From: an uncultured Nitrospiraceae bacterium
Lineage (GTDB): Bacteria; Nitrospirota; Nitrospiria; Nitrospirales; Nitrospiraceae
NCBI GenBank assembly: GCA_963706325.1
Contig: CAVPLT010000007.1
Span: 832,001-896,000, forward strand
Length of the DNA stretch: 64,000 nucleotides
Reading direction: 5' to 3'
Part shown: piece after piece, positions 29,762-40,396 of the stretch
Layout of the letters: each line of letters starts with the position of its first letter
How positions within the stretch are numbered: the stretch's first letter is position 1
Notes under the pieces: generated by a model
What the model saw: only the letters and a program-made list of their open reading frames with translations
Told to the model about the DNA's origin: nothing
Database searches by the model: none
Program-made: the position numbers and the translations under genes

Positions 29762-32394
29762 ATGGAACGCGGTTTATCGAAAGCAGATGCCATGTGTGAC
29801 CGGATAGGATTAATTCTGATCGGAGGCCTTCTCCTTTCCCCCCTTGTGTTTAAGATCCAATTCGCGCCTGGCCTCGTGATCCATCCGGTGGTGCTGCTCC
29901 TGCTGCTCAGTTGGTGTTGGATTGCCATCGTCATGGTGGCGCCTCTTCGAAAGAGTGTTCGTGGCCGCTATGTAGCCGAATGGCAAGCATGGAATATTCC
30001 CATGATCCTGATCGGTGTCCTTGTGGGTGGACTAGCAGCGAGTCTGACCATCAACAATCTGCGTGCCGGCTCGTTTCAATCCGGTGGCTGGCTGCTTTTG
30101 GCAAAATGGACGTTATATCTCGCACCGCTGCCGCTCGCGGCGCTCCTGGCCATACGCACCGGATTGACCGTGGTCAGGGTGGCAAGCTGGCTGATGCCCC
30201 TGACGGCCTGCGTGACGCTGCTATATTCCCTGTATCGGCTACGCCATGGGATCGGGTTGGATTTGCCTCAACACTACGTCGGATCCGCTCCTGAGTTCCA
30301 GGCTTTGGGAATGTTGGGCGAAGTCTGGACCTCAGAGGGATTACGGGTACGGACGGATACGGTGAGCCAGGGCGCATACGGCATGTATCTAGTACTCATT
30401 TTGATGTTCAGTCTGTTGTTGGGTCTTTTTCGTGGCTGGGAAGGGATCGTTCCGGTTCGATTTGCGATCGGTCAGTGCCTCATCTTGGCCCCCTTGGCGA
30501 TCATGGGAATTCTTTTTACCGGGTCACGAGCCAGTCTCTTGTTGATGGCAGGATGCCTCACCATTCTGCTTGGTATGGTCATCGCCAATCCACGGCGTGC
30601 TGTGCCGTCCCGGGCTAGACGATGGTTCCTGCTTGGTTTGGGGGTCATCGTCTGCATGCTCCTTGTCAGTCATGCGCTTTGGAAACCTTTTATCCCTACG
30701 CTGGATCGTATGAGTGAGACCGTTCAGACGGCGCACAAGATGACCGGCCAGTACGCCGTGTCTCCCGTGGATCGGCAGGTCGAGACGCGGGTCGTGCTGC
30801 GCAACGTTCAGACACGATTGTGGCTCTGGGGGCAAGTCCTTCATTATTTACAGACCCATCCGTTGGCCATTTTGATCGGCGTGGGTTACGACCGACAGGT
30901 ATTCGTTGAACGGGTGTTGGGACTGCCCTACACGAATGCGACCTTCCAATTCCAAACGGCCCATAGCCTTTTGCTCGACATTCTCGTGAAAGGCGGCTTG
31001 GTGCCGTTTATCGCATTGATCCTGCTCTACGCATGGTTATTGTGGGAGGCGGTGCTGGGGATGATGATTCCGCGCGTCGCCAAACAAGATCCCGCCAGAA
31101 TTGGATTGGCATGGGCGCTGCTCTGTTTTTGGCCTCCTTTTTTTGGAGCCAATTTTTCCGGCGAAGAGATGTTCACGGATAATCTCCTCCTTCATTGGTC
31201 GCTGCTCGCCGGTTTGTTGCTTGGGCTGTGCGCGGTGGCGCTTCGGCAATGGCTTCCTGGCCAAATTGCGCATGTCACGGCCACGGCAGGCCTAGGCGGA
31301 GGCCCCGCCTACATTACGGCCTTGACGAAGCATCAGCTGAGCAAGGGTATTAAGGTCCGCATCTTTTGCTCGGATGAAAAGCCGTATGTAGACATTTGGC
31401 GCCAGATGGGCATTGATGTGTCGGCACTTCCTATGCGCCGGCCGAATGTATCGTCCATGTGGCTGCTCCTGAAGGAATTGCTCCGAGCGCCTGCTCCGAT
31501 ACATGCTCATGGACGGGGCGCGGCGTTTTTTGCCGTGTGGATCAAAATACTGGTGCGTATCCCGGTCATCTATCAGCCCCACGGGCCGCACTATGCCTTC
31601 AAGCACGGATACCGGTATGTATCCGGCTGGTTCTTTGAAGCGTTCTGCCGCCTGCTTTTCGATGCGATCATCTATGTATCTGTCGGGGAACGAGCTATTG
31701 CCCGACGGCAGAGGCTCCCCGTCGGTCGATCCCGAGTAATCGTGTCCGGCCTTATGCAGGAATCGGGCATCTCGCTGGCTGATGGATCGAAACGAGATGT
31801 CCTGCTCACCACGTTAAATGTCCCCACGCAGAGATTTGTGATCGGGTGGATCGGTCGATTTCAATATCCCAAGGGACTCGATCTCTTGTTCGATTCGGTG
31901 GCGAGCGTGTCGGCACGGCTGCCGGAGGCGATTTGGGTTGTCATCGGAGAAGGCGATGCTCAAGAAATGCGTGCCTATGAACAGAGAATTGCGAAGCTGG
32001 GGATCCGAGAAAAGGTCATCTTTCTTGGAGCTCGCTCCGATGCCTTCACGTTGATCCGAGCTTTCGATCTGTATATTTCGACTTCACGCTGGGAAGGACT
32101 TCCGCTCGTCCTTCTCGAGGTGATGGAACAAGGCGTCCCGATCGTGGCCAGTGACGTGGTCGGCAACCGGGACGTGCTCGACGGTTGGGGAGCCCTGTAC
32201 CCTCCGAATAATTCAGCCGCTGCGGCGGACGCTCAGGTTCGATTAGCAACCGATGTGTTGTTAGGCAGCGATTGGCTGCGGCCGGCCGAGAAGTACGCCT
32301 GACACGGTTTTCGCTTTCCCGCATGCTTGCCGATATGGATCGTGCCTATGTCGAGATTCTTGGTGAAGAGATCGCGGGCGAGATCAGGCAGTGA
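29762..32394 (+). CDS. Fused O-antigen ligase/polymerase (WaaL/Wzy-like) plus C-terminal GT4 domain (frameshift near 32262)
   Basis: Multi-TM region with FTGSRAS, RLWLW..HPLAILIGVG, AHSLLLDILVKGG, then GLGGGP..HAHG..PHG..GRFQYPKG..SRWEGLPLVLLEVM. The final GT helix RQRLAAAGREVRLTRFSLSRM is in the next frame and ends at TGA 32392-32394. Confidence 0.8.
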
Positions 32395-32697
32395 GTACCG
32401 AGCGGTCTGCGTCCTCATCGAGCCGTGCAGCGCTCCCATTAATCGTCTCCGATATCGCGCTGCAGGGCGCGCGATATGCCTTCATTCTCTATCTCGGGTC
32501 CCAATCACTGTCCTATTTGGGATCCTTCCTGATGGGTGGGGCATTAGGTTCGCTCTTGGGGGTACTGACCGATTTTGGGATCAGTCAGCATTGGCTGCGG
32601 CTCGGCATGAAGGATGCCCGCCTCACTCGCCGAACGTTTACGGGAGTGCTGCTCGGCAGGATCCTGTGTTCGCTCCTGGGAATATTCCTGCTTGCCT
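32391..32697 (+). pseudogene. N-terminal fragment of a second flippase-like membrane protein, truncated at the junction
   Basis: GTGA overlap with previous gene; hydrophobic helices with VLTDFGISQ; after ..LLGIFLLA the frame turns into antisense integrase sequence. Confidence 0.65.
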
Positions 32698-33534
32698 CCC
32701 ATCGCAATTCCAGCGCCTCGTTTCGCCGCCAACCGGTAAGTCCCAGAAGGCGAAGCCGCCGCGATAGCGGGAGGCCAAACACCCGCAATTTCCGCTTTGC
32801 GCAATGCTTCGCCCAAATCTGAATATTCCGCTTCGGTCAGCCGTCGTTCACGTTTGCCATCGGCAAAGCGGACGACACCGTGAACTGGATTGTCCGGCCG
32901 CATCCTGCGTCTCACCGCGTAGGTGAAAATCCCTCCAAGCAAACCTACAGCACGGCTGGCTGCACCCCTACCACCCCGCACCCTGGCGAGCCCCCGCTTT
33001 TTGGCCGTTTTGGTTTTTCCGGCGGTTTTGCCTGCCGCGACATCGTGCATGAAGTTATCGATGTCTTGTTGGGTGATTGCGGTGAGCTTGATAGCGCCTA
33101 TGAGAGGCTTGATATGTCGCTCAATGCGGCCCCGATCGATCAGTAGCGTGCTAGTCTTTTTTGCCGACTTGCGCCGGGTCAACAACCGTCCGGCCTCTGC
33201 GTCCTTTAAGTACAGGTCGCACAGTTCGGAAACGGTAGCAGCCTGCCGCACAGCCTTCTTGGTAGCCGCCGGGTCAGCGCCCCCGGAACGAGCCCCAGAA
33301 GGCGCTGTGCCTCGGCACGAGCAGTTTCTGGGGTCCACGGTGATCCGTGCCGTCCAATCGTGTGCCATCGCTGCCGCCCCTCTTGGGTTCGATAGATGAG
33401 AAGGTAAGACACGGCCTCGCTTCGCTGCCGCCGCGCGCCAAAGCCTGCGACCGTCGAGTCCCAGACGGTCTGGTCCGGTTGTAGTGCTCGCAGTTCTGAA
33501 GTCCGATTTTGCGTCCCACCTCACGCGCCTCCAT
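32698..33534 (-). pseudogene. int: Tyrosine integrase with N-terminal Arm DNA-binding domain; 3 frameshifts, catalytic C-terminus missing
   Basis: Across frames: VWDSTVAGFGARRQ..YRTQEGRQRWHTIGRHGSPWTPETAR, GADPA, TVSELCDLYL, RIERHIKPLIG, DNPVHGV, ERRLT, LTGWRRNEALELRW; ends there. Frameshifts near 33496, 33285 and 32755. Confidence 0.9.
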
Positions 33535-33542
33535 TTCCGAGC

Positions 33543-33564
33543 TAGCTAGCAGGTAGCTAGCAGG
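33543..33564. repeat. Tandem 11-bp direct repeat, probable integrase arm-binding sites
   Basis: TAGCTAGCAGG twice, between the integrase start and the tRNA fragment. Confidence 0.6.
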
Positions 33565-33678
33565 TCAACGCATGTCGGCGCAAACCCTAACAATACCGAG
33601 CAACAGTTTTAGGCCGATTTTATAGGGTTTGTTGGCATTGAACCCATGCCCCGCAAATTCGGTAAAAGCACGGGAACT

Positions 33679-33725
33679 ACCTTGCCAAGGTCGGGTCGAG
33701 GGTTCGAGCCCCTTCGCCCGCTCCA
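33679..33725 (+). mobile_element. att site: 3' part of tRNA-Gly(GCC), not a complete tRNA
   Basis: ACC-TTGCCAA-GGTCG-GGTC-GAGGG-TTCGAGC-CCCTT-CGCCCGC-T-CCA; 5' acceptor strand and D-arm absent; one G short in the variable region. Confidence 0.85.
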
Positions 33726-33755
33726 GATTTTCCTGGTATTTGAATTACTTCTGAC

Positions 33756-33775
33756 AGGCCGCCGAAAGGCGGCCT
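33756..33775 (+). terminator. GC-rich hairpin downstream of the tRNA fragment
   Basis: AGGCCGCC-GAAA-GGCGGCCT perfect stem with GNRA loop; weak U-tract (CGTCGTTT). Confidence 0.7.
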
Positions 33776-33835
33776 CGTCGTTTCGATCCTGGGGGAGCCT
33801 CCGGGGGAGCGGCGTCCCGACTGGGGCGGCGACGA

Positions 33836-33908
33836 TGCGAGAAGCCTTTGCTTTCTGCTCTTCGAATTCCTCTGCAGAAAGAACCGTGGTCACGAAGCGA
33901 AGCCAGTC
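33836..33908 (-). pseudogene. Degenerate SHOCT-domain C-terminus
   Basis: Joining frames gives LASLRDHG-VLSAEEFEEQKAK. Confidence 0.45.
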
Positions 33909-34261
33909 AAGGGTAGCCGATAGCAGGGCGAGCTACAGGCTCTCCTCGTAGATGCCCAACATCAGACTGCAATGATTCGGCAGTCCATCGCCGACCGCAC
34001 GGGCTACAGCTTCGGAGGAGGCGGCCCCGATGGCGACCTATTTACCTTCCTCGCCGAACTCACTGTTGCGATGGTCAGGTAGAACCCTGCTGATCCGCGA
34101 CGACCGGCTTGGCTTCTTCGTTCACGCGTTGGAATGTAGTTACCTACTCGGACAGCTTCCCAAGCTGCATACGGCGCGCATAGGGCGCACAGTTTTCGTA
34201 AAGTCGTTGAAATCTCGACGGAGCAACAGAGTTTGCGGAAGTATTCAGATGAGGCGGCGTG

Positions 34262-35518
34262 ATGGGCCCGGTTGCACTTTTCGATAAATCCTTCATCGAG
34301 ATGCTCAACATCGATGAAGCGGCGATCTACGACTGTCTCTACAGTTCAGTCTTATGTCCGATATTTTATACCGAGGTTCTGGCTGACCTTTCAAAGGAGC
34401 CGCCTGGTGAGCGTTCAGCAGAACGGGTAGTTGGCGACGTCGCGAAGAAGACGCCAATTATGCACTCAACACCGAACGTCCTTCACACCACGATATGTAT
34501 GTCGGAATTGGCCGGCAACGCGGTCGAAATGCGCCGCGTGCCAGTGAGATCTGGCGGTAAGCCGGTCCGCAGGCCAGACGGAACGGTGGGCGTCATCTAT
34601 GACGAAGCGCCGGAAGCCAAGGCGTTCGACCGCTGGCAGCGTGGTCAGTTTAGAGAAATTGAACGCGATTTTGCATTTGGTTGGCGCAAACAGCTTCTCG
34701 AAGCGGATGATGAACTAACAGCAAAATTGGCTCGCCAAATCCTCGCGATCACGCAAGAGCCCAAGAATTTGGCTGATGCGTTGGCAATTGCTAAGCAGGT
34801 TCTGCAGGGTGAGGGCCAGCGGTTCTTACTTCTGAAAACCGCCTACGTTCTTCTAGGCCTGGATCCTGCGCACTTTCGTCGAGTTCAAGCGCGATGGGTA
34901 GCGGCAGGACGGCCGCACCTACATGAATTCGCGCCTTACACAGCGCACTGCCTACTCGTTGAGATATTCTTCAACGTCGCCATCGGGAAAAAGCTGATCT
35001 CGCCAGACCGGGCGAGCAACCGCGTTGATATGGCGTACCTGTTTTATTTGCCGTTCTCGATGATTTTTATTTCCAATGACAAGTTACATCAGAGAGCCGC
35101 GCCACTGTTCATGACTGACAAGCAGATTTTTGTGGTGGGGGACGATCTCAAAAAAGATCTGGCGTCTCTCAATATCCAATATTCTGCGCTGTCCGAGGAG
35201 GAGAAGAGCGAAGGACTGTTTCGGATAGCGAGTTATCCGCCAAATGATGATAGCTACCTGACGACGCGTATTTGGAAACAGCTCGGAATAAACGTTCAAC
35301 GGCAAACGGCCGCGCGGAACTCTGAGGCGCCGCTCGCGACTGAATTGCTAGCTTCCGTGAAACAAATGCGGGAAGCCGCGCAGGGACGTGATCGCGCAGC
35401 GCAGTTCAGCCAATCTGAGCTGGAGGATCCTAGCCATGTAGTGATCGAGCGCATGGTTCCTCTAAGACGAGGAAAGTGGCGGTTCATGCCTCCTGGTGTG
35501 GAGGCTTCGGAAGAGTAG
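34262..35518 (+). CDS. Hypothetical protein, probable split PIN-like nuclease fold
   Basis: Intact 418-aa ORF; acidic motifs LFDKSF, PIFYTEVLADL and DMAYLFYLPFSMIFISNDKLH. Confidence 0.6.
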   Translation: MGPVALFDKSFIEMLNIDEAAIYDCLYSSVLCPIFYTEVLADLSKEPPGERSAERVVGDVAKKTPIMHSTPNVLHTTICMSELAGNAVEMRRVPVRSGGKPVRRPDGTVGVIYDEAPEAKAFDRWQRGQFREIERDFAFGWRKQLLEADDELTAKLARQILAITQEPKNLADALAIAKQVLQGEGQRFLLLKTAYVLLGLDPAHFRRVQARWVAAGRPHLHEFAPYTAHCLLVEIFFNVAIGKKLISPDRASNRVDMAYLFYLPFSMIFISNDKLHQRAAPLFMTDKQIFVVGDDLKKDLASLNIQYSALSEEEKSEGLFRIASYPPNDDSYLTTRIWKQLGINVQRQTAARNSEAPLATELLASVKQMREAAQGRDRAAQFSQSELEDPSHVVIERMVPLRRGKWRFMPPGVEASEE

Positions 35519-35893
35519 CTAGCGTCTTATTCACGCAACATCACCGCAAACCGCCCCACGTGCGAATCATAAAGAGTAAAATCTCACTACCGAATGCTCT
35601 TTTCCCAGGTGTTGGCGGAGGAATACGCGGCGGATATCTGCTCGGTTGATCGCATGGTATTTCAGCTAAGAGCGTGACCGCTGCGCAGGTTGAGTTCCCT
35701 TGGACTTGCGTTACGCAATGTGAGGGGCTTCACGCGCCGCCTTCTCGCAGGTGATCAACCCCAACCCACAGAAAGGCGGCTATCCTGCTCCCGACCGGAT
35801 GACTTTCTAAATGGCCTTAATCGTGACTTTCCCTTAACGGCGCGACAACAACAATTGGTGCGAGCCGTCATTCGTCGGGTCGGAGTTTTCCAA

Positions 35894-36511
35894 CTAGGTA
35901 ATGGATTTCACAAAGCCGGCGATTAGTGACCTCAGTTCATCCAGCGATGGAATGTCCATCAGCAGAGCGACATAACCGCCGATTTCCTTTTGACGTATTT
36001 CGAACTTGATATGCAGGAACAGGACGAGGCTTGAGGTCTCGCTCTCGAACATCTGGTTGCTGTCGCCGCGAATAACGACCGGCAGAGACATTTTAAGCGC
36101 GCTCTTCAGCAGATTGGCGATGGTCGCGACCCAGCTGTTCAGAATGATATTGCCGGTTTCCGCCAGGGCTTCATCTTCGAGATCCACGATGTCTTCCAGC
36201 GGAAGCTGTCGGCCAACTACCGCGCGCACCAATTCGAGGCTATTCCGTTCCGGAAAGATTAGCATCGCCCGGCCCGAGAATGCGCCAGCGAAGTCTTGCC
36301 GCACGGCAACCAACTTGGGATTGTCCGGCTTGGCTACCAGTTGCGTTGCCCCGGCGCTGGTGAGGATTTCGACTGAGGGAACGGACAGTAGAACTTCGTT
36401 TTGAATCATCTGTCGCAAGCTGTTGGCCGCTTTGGCCATCGCAATATTCGACAGTTCAGCCAGAGCATCTCGCTCGAGGTCGCTCAGGGGGACAAACGGG
36501 TGCGGCGTCAT
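35894..36511 (-). CDS. cheC: CheC/CheX-family phosphatase
   Basis: Two ExxN sites (DALAELSNI, EALAETGNII), LSVPSV, MSLPVV. Confidence 0.85.
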   Translation of the reverse strand: MTPHPFVPLSDLERDALAELSNIAMAKAANSLRQMIQNEVLLSVPSVEILTSAGATQLVAKPDNPKLVAVRQDFAGAFSGRAMLIFPERNSLELVRAVVGRQLPLEDIVDLEDEALAETGNIILNSWVATIANLLKSALKMSLPVVIRGDSNQMFESETSSLVLFLHIKFEIRQKEIGGYVALLMDIPSLDELRSLIAGFVKSIT

Positions 36512-36734
36512 GAAATATGGTCCATTTTCTGCTTAGGCGACGAGCTATCGGCTTTACCTTCCGCTTGACTTCCTGACGTCAAAGTGGCGCCTACCGCTTT
36601 CCCGATCTGGGACATGCAGCGCGTGGAACCTCTGTTTCGGCTTGTATCGACTTGGGCAGACCGAATAGTTTGTCGGTCGAATACTGCCTTTCTCAGGCGG
36701 AATTTACTGCCAAGCTTCAGGAGTGCGGATTTCC

Positions 36735-38820
36735 ATGCGGAAAAAGCCTGCGACGACGGGACGCCCTAAGCCACAATCTCGGCGACTGAGCGATGTCAGG
36801 AACGTGCCGCCATCCGGAGCCGAGGCTCGTGACCCGGCCGGCGCAGCTGCTTCCAAAACGCTCCCGGCCAGCGGTCCAAAATCGCTGATGAAGACTTCTG
36901 AACTAGGAGCGGGCAGGGCGGCACAGCGCCGCTTGGGGTCGCAGTCAGCTTCGAATCCGACATCGCCTCCGACGCGCCGCCCCAAGCAGGCGCCATCCAA
37001 TATCTTGAGCAGCCGGCAACAGAAAATTGAGGAGCGGATTGCCGCAGCAACGGAGGAACTCTCGGCGGGAATCACTGAGGCAGCGTCCGCTGCTGAGGAA
37101 CTGCGCCGTTCGATGGAGCAAATCGCCAGCGGAGCGGAGGAAGCTGCGAGCGCCGCACAGGAAACCCTCGCGGTTGCCACCAACACGGCAGCAACACTGG
37201 TCCAGGCACGCGATCGCGCCCAAGGCGCACGTCGCCGAACCGAGGCCGTCGAATTCTCTTTTGCTCGAGACGTCGAACCAGATCGGAACTTGGGCCAGCA
37301 ATATCAAGGATAACGGTGACCGGCAGGCCGGAACCGTCGACTTTATGGCGCAACTGAGTGAACAGGCGGCCAGCATCGGCGATGTCACCAAGACCGTCAG
37401 CCAAGTCTCCGACCAGACCAATTTACTGGCGCTGAATGCGGCGATCGAGGCCGCGCGTGCCGGCGACCACGGCCGTGGTTTCGCAGTGGTCGCAGACGAA
37501 GTTCGGGCATTGGCTGAAACCTCGGAAAAAAGTGCGCGGGACGTACAAGGTCTTGCCGCGCAAATCGAAACTCACGTGGTTTCGATGGAGTCGATTATCA
37601 AAACGGCCGCCACCACGGCAACGGCAGAGGCCCAAAAGAGCCAGACCGTCATTCTGGCACTTGGCGAACTGCGCAAGGAAGTCAGCGCTTTGGCTGAAGA
37701 CAGTCAATCCATCGCTGTGGCGACAATGGAAGCTGAATCGGCCGCTCGAGAGGCGCAAAAGGGCGCCGAGATCATTTCCTCCGCTGCCGAGGAGCAGGCC
37801 GCTGCTGCTGCGGAAGCGCTCCGCAGTGTCGAACAGCAGGCGGGCGTGCTCGACGAGAGCCAAGCTGCATCGCGATCGCTGTCCGTACTTGCCACAGACC
37901 TCAAGCTGGCTTCGACTAGCGATGCCAGCGCTGATCAGCTCGCCTCCGCGGCCGAACAGCTCTCCACCGCCGTTCAGGAAATGTCGGGGTCGGCCGCGCA
38001 GATCATGACTGCAGTCGATCAGATCAGCCGTGGTGCGCAACAACAAGCTGCCGCGACCCAGCAGGCCAGCGCAGCGATGAATCAGGTCGAAAAGACCGCC
38101 CTATCGTTCCGCGAGAGCGCCGTCGCATCGGTTGAGCGCACTCAACGGATGGACGCTATGCTCGGTGAATGTCGGTCGCAGATCGCCGACCTGTCGCAGG
38201 GGGTGATGCGGTCGATCGAAACGACGCGTCAAAGCTTGGATATGATTGCCGGGCTCGAAAATATCAGCGTCAATATCGACAAGATTGTTGATGGAATCAG
38301 CATGGTGTCGATACAGACCAACATGTTGGCCGTAAGCGGCTCGGTCGAAGCCGCGCGTGCAGGTGAATTCGGCAAGGGATTCGCCGTCGTATCAAAGGAT
38401 ATACGCAGCCTCGCCCGCGACTCCAGCGAGAACGCCGCGCGTATCAAGGAAACGGTTCGCGCGATCCAAGGTCAAATTGCGGCCGTGCGCCGCGAACTGG
38501 AGCGCGTGATTAGCGGCGCTGAGACAGAAAACCAGAAGACCGATGCTGTGCTGGCCGGCTTTGACGTTGTGCAAAGGGACGTTGCCCAGATTGCCGCCGG
38601 CAATGACCAAATCGGCACAAGCGCCGCAGCCATCCTCGCTTCGATGAAGGATGTCGCGCAAAGCGCCCGCCAGGTCGCGTCGGTCGCCGAGGAGGCGGCC
38701 AGCGCGTCAGCCCAGGCAGCAGCTGCTGCCAAGCAGCAGGCGCGGGGTACAGAGGATCTCGCCGCGGCGATCGAAGAGATTGCATCTCTCGCCGAAACCA
38801 TTCAGCGTCGCAATGGTTAA
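36735..38820 (+). CDS. Soluble methyl-accepting chemotaxis protein with two signalling hairpins (DosM-like); frameshift near 37255
   Basis: [31 protein letters not shown] and [31 protein letters not shown]; no TM segment. N-terminal coiled coil ([24 protein letters not shown]) is in the upstream frame; start uncertain. Confidence 0.9.
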
Positions 38821-40396
38821 CAGACGAAAACAGACCCGGAAAAATTCCGCTCTTTCCACAGACAGTGGTGCGCTTGTCGCGCCAGATGCTGCTGCGGTAC
38901 TCGAAGATCTGCTAGTATTCCGGCTCGCGGGGGAGTCCTTTGGGTTGCGGCTTACCGCCGTCGCTGAAATCATCCGGCCGCCGGATCTGGCCTATATGCC
39001 CCTCGTGCCGCCGAGCCTGCTCGGATTGGCCAACCTTCGCGGCATCGTCATGCCGGTCGTGAGTTTGCGGGCTCTCCTGCATCTACCGGACGTACCAGCG
39101 GACAAGTCGACACGCGTGATCGTCGTGCGCGGCGATACTCCGGTCGGGTTCGTCGTCGACGGCATCCACCGTCTATGGGCAGTTGCCACCGATCAACTTG
39201 AAAAAGACGATGCCGGCGTCGGTACCATTGATCGAACGCTACTGGACGGTATCATCAAGGGCGCCGAAGGCGAGAGCCCGATCAAGCTGTTAAGTCCGTC
39301 GCGTCTTCTAGACGGGCGATTCGTTCGGCTCGGTCTGCCCTCGACGCCGGCCGCAAGCCGGACACTGCTCGCTAAAAGCCCGTCCGTCGGAACGCCGGCG
39401 AAGGCTCTGATCTCGCTGTTGAGCTTCTATCTCGGCCAGCAGGAATATGCTTTGCCCCTTGACCGAGTGCGTGAGATCATTCCGCTGCCGGGTCGGGTCT
39501 CGGAGCTGCCTCGTCCGGAAACCGCGGTGTTGGGTGTGGTGACGCTGCGGGACGGCCTTCTGCCGCTGGTGTCGCTGCGCACATTGCTGGGTCTGCCGGC
39601 GGGTAATCAACACGGAGGGCGTGCCAAGGTTGTTGTTGTCTCGGTCGGCGAAGGCGCGGTCGGTGTTGTCGTCGATGCGACCCGGGAGATTCTCCGTCTC
39701 GATCCAGAAATCGTCGATCCGGCGCCGACATTGCTGACCCGCGGGGAGGGGGACGCGGAGGTCATCTCGATTTGCCGGCTCGACGGCGGACGGCGATTGG
39801 TCGCGTTGCTGTCGCCTGACCGGTTGTTTCGGTCGGAGCTTGTTCAGCGTATCCTGGACGAGCAGGGGGCCAGCGAACCGGGGTTGCAACCTGAAACGAA
39901 CGCCATGGCAGACGAGCAATTCATTATTTTCCGGCTGGGCAATCAGGACTACGGCATCCCCATTGCCGCGGTTAACGAGATCGCGCGCCCACCCGAGCAT
40001 ATCACCCGGTTGCCGAAATCTCCCCCTTTCATTGATGGGGTGATGAGCTTGCGCGGCAGCGTCGTGCCGATCGTGGACCTGCGGCGTCGTTTTGATCTGA
40101 ACGGAACGGAACAGCTGGGCTCCAGTCGCATTCTCATCCTGGCGATCGGCGGGGTGACCGCGGGATTCCTCGTCGACAGCGTCTCAAAGATCATGAATGT
40201 GCCAATCGATGACATCTACCCCGCGCCCCAACTGTCGCCCGAGCAGATGCGGTTGATCTCGCGCCTGATCAATGTTGAGGCCAACGGCCAATTGATCCTG
40301 CTCGTCGATCCCGCACAGTTGCTCGATCAGGTCGAGGCTGATCTTCTCGCCAAGTTCGCCCATTCCAAACTCGATGCACCCGTGACCGTTTCGTGA
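38813..40396 (+). CDS. cheW: Triple-domain CheW
   Basis: Three repeats: [54 protein letters not shown]. Confidence 0.92.
   Translation: MVNRRKQTRKNSALSTDSGALVAPDAAAVLEDLLVFRLAGESFGLRLTAVAEIIRPPDLAYMPLVPPSLLGLANLRGIVMPVVSLRALLHLPDVPADKSTRVIVVRGDTPVGFVVDGIHRLWAVATDQLEKDDAGVGTIDRTLLDGIIKGAEGESPIKLLSPSRLLDGRFVRLGLPSTPAASRTLLAKSPSVGTPAKALISLLSFYLGQQEYALPLDRVREIIPLPGRVSELPRPETAVLGVVTLRDGLLPLVSLRTLLGLPAGNQHGGRAKVVVVSVGEGAVGVVVDATREILRLDPEIVDPAPTLLTRGEGDAEVISICRLDGGRRLVALLSPDRLFRSELVQRILDEQGASEPGLQPETNAMADEQFIIFRLGNQDYGIPIAAVNEIARPPEHITRLPKSPPFIDGVMSLRGSVVPIVDLRRRFDLNGTEQLGSSRILILAIGGVTAGFLVDSVSKIMNVPIDDIYPAPQLSPEQMRLISRLINVEANGQLILLVDPAQLLDQVEADLLAKFAHSKLDAPVTVS

Noticed and set aside
33650..33725. 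Intact tRNA-Gly gene
   Set aside because: No 5' GCGGG acceptor strand or D-stem; upstream GGTAAAAGCACG only loosely resembles the D-loop region. Treated as an att fragment.
37240..37270. Programmed frameshift in the MCP gene
   Set aside because: No canonical slippery heptamer or downstream structure, and similar indels occur throughout the window.
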